From a candidate division Zixibacteria bacterium SM23_73_2 (GTDB lineage Bacteria > Zixibacteria > MSB-5A5 > SM23-73-2), in the NCBI GenBank assembly GCA_001304315.1, contig LJUW01000006.1:2135-66134 (forward strand): DNA of 64,000 bases. The letters run 5' to 3'. The notes beneath the pieces were generated by a model. That model had not been told where the DNA came from. It was given only the letters and a program-made list of their open reading frames with translations, and did no database searches. Below are positions 49,216-56,612 of this stretch, piece by piece; position 1 is the first letter of the stretch, and each line of letters begins with the position of its first letter. The translations under genes were made by a program, and so were the position numbers.

Positions 49216-50012
49216 TAGAGCTTCTCCAATACGAGTTTACCCGAAATGCGATTCTTGCTGCTTTGTTGGTCAGTGTTGCCTGTGGAATCGTAGGTACATT
49301 CGTTGTTATTAAAAAAATGGTTTTCATAAGTGGTGGGATCTCCCATGCCGCATTCGGGGGGATCGGTTTGGGATATCTTTTGGGAATAAATCCCATCCTT
49401 GCTGCGATTCCATTCAGCCTTTTGACCGCGCTGGGTATCGGAACCATCAGCAAAACCATAAAGGTAGCCGAGGACACTGCCATTGGTATATTATGGACCC
49501 TGGGTATGGCTCTGGGCATAGTATTCGTTAATCTGGCTCCTGGATATGCCCCGGACCTTTTCAGCTATCTTTTCGGGAGCATTCTCACTGTTCCCTCAAC
49601 TGATTTGATACTGATGCTGGTTTTGGATTTCGTGATTGTAACTGTTGTAATCTTTTTTTTCAGAGAATTCAAAGCGATTTCCTTTGATGAGGAGTTCTCG
49701 ACGGTTATTGGAGTGCCGGCCAGAGGCTTGTATCTTTTGCTTCTCTGCCTGGTGGCTTTAAGCGTGGTGGTGATGATCCGGGTGGTTGGGGTTATATTGG
49801 TGATTGCCCTTCTCACCCTTCCAGCAGCGATAAGCAGACAGTATACCTACAATATCAAAAAATTAATGCTTCTTTCGAGTATTGTAGGTGCTGTTCTGAC
49901 CATAGTGGGACTTTTACTTTCCTATCTTTTTGATTTGGCTTCCGGGGCAACCATCGTTTTAGTTTTAGTATTATGTTTTCTTTTTTCCTGGATTTTAAAG
50001 CGCTCTAAATAG
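49212..50012 (+). CDS. Metal ABC transporter permease (ZnuB-like)
   Basis: [21 protein letters not shown] and [14 protein letters not shown] motifs; ATG 49212 overlaps the upstream stop. Confidence 0.93.
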   Translation: MIELLQYEFTRNAILAALLVSVACGIVGTFVVIKKMVFISGGISHAAFGGIGLGYLLGINPILAAIPFSLLTALGIGTISKTIKVAEDTAIGILWTLGMALGIVFVNLAPGYAPDLFSYLFGSILTVPSTDLILMLVLDFVIVTVVIFFFREFKAISFDEEFSTVIGVPARGLYLLLLCLVALSVVVMIRVVGVILVIALLTLPAAISRQYTYNIKKLMLLSSIVGAVLTIVGLLLSYLFDLASGATIVLVLVLCFLFSWILKRSK

Positions 50013-50271
50013 ATTCGAGTTGATAAAGGTTTGAGAGTATTCATACCAGATTTTTTGGTAAAAGAAGTTCAAAAATGCTTAGGAGATCAAGTAAGGTTAA
50101 AAGGCTGGGAGTGTATTGCAAAGAACGTAAAGACTTAAAGCTTTTATTTTATTTGACTTTTGAATTTTATTCATTAATTTTAGATTGAGTTCTGTTTAAA
50201 AAAGGATTTAATTTGTTTTGTCTGAGCATTGTATCCCTGAGCATTTTTAGGACTTTAAAAAAGGTGTAAGA

Positions 50272-51837
50272 GTGGAAAGAAAAATCGTTTTTTTGTTGAT
50301 AATTCTTTTGATTTTATCATCAGGATGCAGTAAAAAAACTTTCAATTATTATAATCAGCCGGAAAAAGGAAGTTTGGTGGGGATGGTCTATCCTCAGGAT
50401 TCAGGTGCCCGGGTATCTGCCTGGCAGGGGGGTGAGGTTGCCTGGAGTTATATTGACTCGGAGGGACTTTTCAAAATCGAAGAGCTTCCGGTTGGAACTT
50501 ACACGATTAAGGTTGAAGCTGAGGGCTATTACACCTACGAAGGCCAGGAGGTTTTCACAATCTATGGAGGAGGGACAACCACTGCAGGAAGAATTGTTCT
50601 TTACAAGATACCGGGAATTATCACTTCCACCTATCCCTCAGATGGTGCAACCGACATCCCCTTGGATGTTCAGATCAGAATAAATTTTGCCAAGGAGATG
50701 GACACTGCCAGCGTGGAGAACGCTTTTGGCATAGACCCGGAAGTTGAAGGGGTTTTTATTTGGAATGAGACAAAAGATGATCCCTATGTTTTGGGAAAGT
50801 ATCTGCGATTTATTCCCTCCTATAATTTAAAAGGTGAAACTATATATACTGTTACCTTGAATACAACAGCTTCTGACCTTTCCGGCGTTGGTCTTTCCGA
50901 GACTTTTAGTTTCACTTTTACCACCAGAGGAGTTGATGTGGTCAGTCACTATCCCTTAGATGGTGATGTGGATGTTAGCACTCAGGCATCTATTAATATA
51001 AGTTTCAGATCAGTAATGGATCAACAGAGTGTGATCGACGCTTTGAGCATCGAACCGGAGATCGAAGGAACAATAAACTGGTACAAGCCAAATAAAACTT
51101 TTTCCTTTTACCCTCTAAGATACTGGGCTACCAATACTCTGTATACAGTTAAAATCGATACCACAGCTAAAGATACCTCCGGAGTTAATCTTTCTGATTC
51201 GCTCGTGTTTTCATTTACCATAGAAGGGATAAAAATCAGATACAGTTATCCATACGATAAGAGCATGAACGTGCGTACCGATACATACATTCATATAGAA
51301 TTCAATACCTTAATGGAGCAAAGCTCGGTAATTGAGGCTTATTCCCTTTCCCCATCAACCGATGGGGAATTCCATTGGGCGAACCTATCCGAGTTCTGGT
51401 TTTACCCTTACAATGATTTGGCAGCAGATTCCAATTACTCCGTAAAAATCGATACAGCTGCTTATGATCTTCATGGCTCAAAGCTGGATAAGGAATTTTT
51501 ATTCGATTTTAGGACCGAACCGATACGGATAGTAACCAACAGACCAGAAAAGGGCGAAACCTATGTTGACCCCAATTCCTATATATACATTGGTTTCAAC
51601 ACCGATATGGATCAGGTTTCTGTGGTGGATGCTTTCAGGATGGTGGATTTCGACTCAGTTGAGATCGAGGGAGGTTTTAACTGGAACGGACTTAGAGGGA
51701 TGACCTTCTATCCAGGCACGACTCTGGAGTATGATAAGGAATATCTGGTTACCATAAACACTCAGGCTAAGGATCTGCACGGGGTTTTGCTCCCCAGGGT
51801 TTTTTCTCTGTGGTTCAGAACAAAGCCATCCGATTAG
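50272..51837 (+). CDS. Lipoprotein with carboxypeptidase-regulatory-like domain and four bacterial Ig-like (Big_5/SbsA-type) repeats
   Basis: Lipobox SSGC; four repeats of the form xYPxDGxxDV...IxIxFxxxMDxxSVxxAF...YTVxIDTxAxDxxG..L...FxFxFxT. Confidence 0.8.
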   Translation: MERKIVFLLIILLILSSGCSKKTFNYYNQPEKGSLVGMVYPQDSGARVSAWQGGEVAWSYIDSEGLFKIEELPVGTYTIKVEAEGYYTYEGQEVFTIYGGGTTTAGRIVLYKIPGIITSTYPSDGATDIPLDVQIRINFAKEMDTASVENAFGIDPEVEGVFIWNETKDDPYVLGKYLRFIPSYNLKGETIYTVTLNTTASDLSGVGLSETFSFTFTTRGVDVVSHYPLDGDVDVSTQASINISFRSVMDQQSVIDALSIEPEIEGTINWYKPNKTFSFYPLRYWATNTLYTVKIDTTAKDTSGVNLSDSLVFSFTIEGIKIRYSYPYDKSMNVRTDTYIHIEFNTLMEQSSVIEAYSLSPSTDGEFHWANLSEFWFYPYNDLAADSNYSVKIDTAAYDLHGSKLDKEFLFDFRTEPIRIVTNRPEKGETYVDPNSYIYIGFNTDMDQVSVVDAFRMVDFDSVEIEGGFNWNGLRGMTFYPGTTLEYDKEYLVTINTQAKDLHGVLLPRVFSLWFRTKPSD

Positions 51838-52010
51838 ACCACCTGAGATTTATTGAACAAAATTCGAAAAGCTTGAGCCCTGAGGTTTGTGTGGGTAAGA
51901 TTTGAGCTTTTGCCGATATTTTAAACAGAAGAGGGTAGATTTCCATCCGATTAGAAAACAGTAGGGTAGAGTCGTATTAATTATGGTAAAACAAAAACCT
52001 TTTTCGAAAA

Positions 52011-54794
52011 ATGAATCTTAAAAAAATAGGCTGGGTGGTTTTTCTTATTGTCCTTTTAGCATCTGCAACAGCTAATTCCCAATACTATTTTGGGAAAAAC
52101 AAGGTTCAGTATATCACCTTTGACTGGCAGGTCCTTTCCACCCCTCATTTTGATATCTACTTCTATCCCCAGGAGAAAGAGATCGCCGAGATTGCCGGAG
52201 GGGTGGCTGAGGAAAGCTACCGCTTTTTGGAGAGCAAGTTCAATCACCACATAGAGAAAAAGATACCCCTTATCGTATACAGCACCCCCTATTATTTTCA
52301 GCAGACAAACGTTATCCCCAACATCCTTCCAGAGAACGTGGGGGGATTTACCGAGTTTTTAAAAGGAAGGGTGGTCGTTCCCTTCAATAATTCCTACTCG
52401 GGATTTGCCCGGACTTTAAGACATGAGCTGGTGCACGTCTTCTCCTTTGAGAAGCTCTCCAGGGTAATGAAAGCTCACAAGAAACACAATTTCGACCCTC
52501 CCCCTCTGTGGTTTGAGGAGGGATTGGCTGAGTACTGGTCAGGAGCGCAGGATTCAGATGCGGAGATGATTCTAAAGGATCTGGTTCTCTCCGGTAATCT
52601 GGTGAGCATAAAAGATATGGGGCGGATTTATGGAACTTACCTGATGTACAAGGAGGGGGAATCCTTCTGTAATTTTATATCGGAGGAATACGGGGACTAT
52701 AGGCTGGCTTTAATCTACGACAATTACTTTAAGGAGGGAGACTTCTCCAAGACGGTGGAGATAACTTTTGGCAAACCGCTTGAGAAGTTGGGTGAGGAAT
52801 GGGAGTATCATCTCAAGAAAAAATACTTCCCTCATATAGAGGACTCTGACTTTCCGGATAAGGTTGCGAGGAAATTGACCTACGACGGCATCAACCTTAA
52901 GCCGGTAATAGTCAGGAGGGATTCGGAGAACTGGATCGCATTCAAATCCAATAAGCTGGGCTATTCCTCCATTTACCTGATGTCTCCCCGGGGCGAAAAA
53001 GAAAAACTTATAACCTTGATCAAAGGGGAAAGGTCGTACGAGTTTGAGTCTTTGCATCTTCTGGAAAGCAGGATCGATGCCTCGGAGGATGGAAGGATAT
53101 TGTTTGTTTCCAAAAGAAACGAAAAGGACGTCCTGTACGTCTACGATACCAAGGAGATGAAAATCTCAAGGGACATTGATTTCGATTCGCTGGTGGTTCT
53201 ATCCTCGCCATCCTGGTCAAAAGACGCAGGGAAAATAACATTTGCCGGAAGCACAGACAGGGGGTTCTGCGATCTGTATTATTACGATCTGGAATGCGAT
53301 TCCCTTTTCAGGTTGACTTTTGACCTTTATCAGGAGAAAGATCCGTGTTTCTCTCCGGACGGGGAGAAGATAGTTTTCAGCTCCGACAGGGGAAGATTCG
53401 GGGAAAAGGGATATCTAAATCTCTTTTGTTATGATCTTAACTCAAATGAGATACAGGTGCTCACCTCTGGAGAACATAACGACATAAATCCCACCTGGAA
53501 AGAGAAAGGGATAGTCTTCTCCTCGGATCGCCAGGGGGGATTTGACCTTTTTCTTCTGGACGATGCTTCCAAAACCTACAGGATTACCAATCTGCTCACC
53601 GGGGCTTTTGATCCTCGAATTTCTGATGAGGAGAGCAGTCTGGTTTTCACCGGATTTCAGGATTACTCCTTTCAGATATACAAGATGCCATTTGGTGATT
53701 CTTTGCTTTTCCCTTTGCCTGATGATGAAGGTAAGGCAAGTTTAGTTAGTTGTGAGGAAGGGTGGTGTCCGGATATGCTGTCCGGGGAACACAGGAAGGG
53801 AACAGTTAAATACAAAAATAAGTTCTCCTTTGATATTGCCCAGTCCGCAATCTCATATGATGCTATCTACGGTCCCATAGGTGGATTTCAGGGAGCCCTA
53901 ACTGACGTTTTGGGGAACAACCAGATTTATTTCCTTTTAGCTAATACCGCACAATCCAAATCGGATTTTTTCAAAAGCTTTAATTTGGGTGTGACCTATC
54001 TGAATAAATCCAGAAGGTTGAATTATGGTCTGGGCGCCTATCACCTTTATGACGAATATAGCTATTCGATTAAAGATTTTTATAATTATTATACCGAGCG
54101 CCAGTATGGCGGTATATTATTCGGAAGCTATCCCTTATCCAAATTCCGCAGGGTGGAGGCAAAAATCTTTTTAAGGCAGTCGGAAAGGGATTATTACATA
54201 GAGAGAAGAAAAAGGAAGGCTTTTCTTGCTACCAATTACGTTTCCTTTATCAAGGATACCAGCATCTGGGATTGGGTAGGTCCGATAGATGGGACCAGGC
54301 TGAATTTGACTCTGGGGCTGACCCTGGGGTTAGACGATCGGAAGATATACAACCGCTTGGTTCTTTTCGATTTCAGGAAATACTTAAGATTGGGCAAATA
54401 CAGCTGTTATGCTTTCAGGTTCACCGGTTTTTCCTCTGAAGGGGAGGAACCCCAGAGGTTATTTCTGGGGGGGAGCTGGAGCTTGAGGGGTTATTCCAGA
54501 AGGGCTTTTTACGGAAGGAATATGGTCTTGATCAACAACGAGTTGAGATTTCCCTTAATCGATGATCTGTACATTGGATTTCCCATCGGGAAAATCGGTT
54601 TTCAGGCAATAAGGGGTGCACTGTTTTTCGATCTGGGAAATGCCTGGGACAAATATGATGATGAACTTCATGCAAGCTATGGATTGGGGGCACGTCTGGG
54701 TCTCGGGTATCTGGTGGTTTTGAGGTTTGATTTTGCTCGAAACTTAGATACCAAAGATTGGGTGTTCGATTTCTTTTTTGGCTGGAACTTTTAA
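52011..54794 (+). CDS. Omp85/BamA-family protein with N-terminal zinc-metallopeptidase (MA-like) and PD40/TolB propeller domains
   Basis: HELVH...WFEEGLAEY; FSPDG repeats; Omp85 lid motif GGSWSLRGY; terminal DFFFGWNF. Confidence 0.85.
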   Translation: MNLKKIGWVVFLIVLLASATANSQYYFGKNKVQYITFDWQVLSTPHFDIYFYPQEKEIAEIAGGVAEESYRFLESKFNHHIEKKIPLIVYSTPYYFQQTNVIPNILPENVGGFTEFLKGRVVVPFNNSYSGFARTLRHELVHVFSFEKLSRVMKAHKKHNFDPPPLWFEEGLAEYWSGAQDSDAEMILKDLVLSGNLVSIKDMGRIYGTYLMYKEGESFCNFISEEYGDYRLALIYDNYFKEGDFSKTVEITFGKPLEKLGEEWEYHLKKKYFPHIEDSDFPDKVARKLTYDGINLKPVIVRRDSENWIAFKSNKLGYSSIYLMSPRGEKEKLITLIKGERSYEFESLHLLESRIDASEDGRILFVSKRNEKDVLYVYDTKEMKISRDIDFDSLVVLSSPSWSKDAGKITFAGSTDRGFCDLYYYDLECDSLFRLTFDLYQEKDPCFSPDGEKIVFSSDRGRFGEKGYLNLFCYDLNSNEIQVLTSGEHNDINPTWKEKGIVFSSDRQGGFDLFLLDDASKTYRITNLLTGAFDPRISDEESSLVFTGFQDYSFQIYKMPFGDSLLFPLPDDEGKASLVSCEEGWCPDMLSGEHRKGTVKYKNKFSFDIAQSAISYDAIYGPIGGFQGALTDVLGNNQIYFLLANTAQSKSDFFKSFNLGVTYLNKSRRLNYGLGAYHLYDEYSYSIKDFYNYYTERQYGGILFGSYPLSKFRRVEAKIFLRQSERDYYIERRKRKAFLATNYVSFIKDTSIWDWVGPIDGTRLNLTLGLTLGLDDRKIYNRLVLFDFRKYLRLGKYSCYAFRFTGFSSEGEEPQRLFLGGSWSLRGYSRRAFYGRNMVLINNELRFPLIDDLYIGFPIGKIGFQAIRGALFFDLGNAWDKYDDELHASYGLGARLGLGYLVVLRFDFARNLDTKDWVFDFFFGWNF

Positions 54795-54797
54795 TCC

Positions 54798-55925
54798 ATG
54801 AAAAATTCCTTTAGATTTTTATTACTCTTTTTTTGTTTTCTTTTTTTATTTTGCAGTTCAAAGTTGAAATTTAAAAATTTTGATGCAAGTGAGCCCACCT
54901 CCTGGAGAAAGTTTCGCAGTGATTTGAAAAACTCCTCTTTTGTTCCTCAAAAAACCAGCCTGCCACAAAAGCTTATGTGGAGAGAAAAGCCAAGAGGTGC
55001 TTTAGCCAGCTCCCCTCTGGCCACAAACGGTTTTTTGATTTTGGGAGGCCTGGATAATAAGCTTTATTTTTTGGATGCGAAAACCGGTGAAAAGAAAAAG
55101 AATTTGAAGACCAAATCTCACATCTCCTCCTCCCCTTTTCTTGAGGATTCGATTTTGTATTTTTCATCAGAGCAAGATGATGGAAACCTTTATGCTCTTA
55201 ACCTTCTTAACGGTGAGATCCTGTGGCAGAAGGATTTCAAGGATCCCTCCAACTCGCCTCTGGCAATAGATGAAAAGATTTACCTGGGCACTTACGATGG
55301 GAGATTTTTCTGTCTGGATGGAGCCTCAGGTAAAGTTCTCTGGTTTTTCAAAGCTGGTGATATAATAAAATCGATCCCTGCTTATGATGATGGTTTTCTG
55401 TTCTTTGGCTCAGGAGATAGAAACTTTTATTCTCTGGACAAAGAATCAGGTAAAGAGATCTGGAGATACAAAGCAGGCTCAGCTATTTACTCCTCCCCGG
55501 CAATAAAGGAGGGGATGGTCTTTTTCGGCTGCCTGGATGGAACCTTCTATGCTCTTGATAAAACCAATGGAGATTCGCTCTGGAAATTTGACACCCAGGG
55601 TAAGATATTTTCGTCTCCAGCAGTGGATGATTTGAAGGTTTATTTTGGCTCAAACGATGGATATTTATATGCGGTTAATTCCACCTCAGGAAAATTAGAG
55701 TGGAGATTCGATGCAGAATCGGCCATTAATTCCTCGCCTATTGTTGTGGGGGATAAATTATTTTTTGGCTCTCTGGATGGCAACTTCTTTGTTCTAAACA
55801 AGGCTAATGGAGAGCTTTTATGGAGTTACAGAACAGAGGGGATGATTTTATCCGAGCCGGTTTTCTATGATGGGAGGATATACATAACTACTTTCGATGG
55901 GTGGGTTTACTGTTTTGGGGAGTAA
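54798..55925 (+). CDS. PQQ-type beta-propeller repeat protein (BamB-like), probable lipoprotein
   Basis: Repeats of the form SSPAxxDGxVFFGSxDGxxYALDxxxGxxxWxF; N-terminal hydrophobic run ending FLFC-S. Confidence 0.85.
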   Translation: MKNSFRFLLLFFCFLFLFCSSKLKFKNFDASEPTSWRKFRSDLKNSSFVPQKTSLPQKLMWREKPRGALASSPLATNGFLILGGLDNKLYFLDAKTGEKKKNLKTKSHISSSPFLEDSILYFSSEQDDGNLYALNLLNGEILWQKDFKDPSNSPLAIDEKIYLGTYDGRFFCLDGASGKVLWFFKAGDIIKSIPAYDDGFLFFGSGDRNFYSLDKESGKEIWRYKAGSAIYSSPAIKEGMVFFGCLDGTFYALDKTNGDSLWKFDTQGKIFSSPAVDDLKVYFGSNDGYLYAVNSTSGKLEWRFDAESAINSSPIVVGDKLFFGSLDGNFFVLNKANGELLWSYRTEGMILSEPVFYDGRIYITTFDGWVYCFGE

Positions 55926-56094
55926 TTCAGTCAGCGGATTGAGTGGATTTAACGGATTTTGTGTTGTCAACGGATTGAACGGATTTAGCAGATAGGATTT
56001 GCAGGCACGGATTCTATACGTGCCTTTGAATTTCTGACATCAGAATTTTTTCTCGAAGTTTTTATAATACATGCTGAGAGCAACTGGATTATCA

Positions 56095-56396
56095 ATGAAA
56101 TATTGCTGGGATGTTTTGGCGGGGTACCCATACCCCGTTAGCTTTTTTGTCAAGGGTGGGGGCACCCTTGACCAACTTCCAGGATGACTCCCGAAGGACG
56201 TTAGGGAATCCTGTTTTTGCCACATGTGGATTGCTTTACTACGCTCTCAATGACATTCTGGGCAAGTCATTGCGGGGAACGAAGTGACGAAGCAATCCCC
56301 TAGAAGAAAGGAACTGCTTCGCCCTTCGGGCTCGCAGTGACATTTAGTGACATTTAATGTATCGTTAATCCCATCTTTGCCTCAAGGTGGGTTAAC
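56095..56396. repeat. Composite palindromic repeat, copy 2
   Basis: Shares atgaaatattgctgggatgtt...gtcaagggtgggggcacccttgaccaactt...gactcccgaaggac...aatgacattctggg...gaagtgacgaagcaatc with 36394-36653. Confidence 0.8.
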
Positions 56397-56612
56397 GCTC
56401 AAAATCCACATACAATCTGTAAAAAGAGAAGAACATAGAGAAAACACTATTGACATTTGGGGATATTTTATTAAATTAGTAAAAGAAGCGTGTGATAGGT
56501 TCATATTAGACTTATTCCACGTAAATTTGATTTTTTATGCTGAATCGCAAAATTAACTGTTGTGATTTTGTATTCTTTACCGACAGATAAATAAAAAACC
56601 CAGGAGTAAAAG

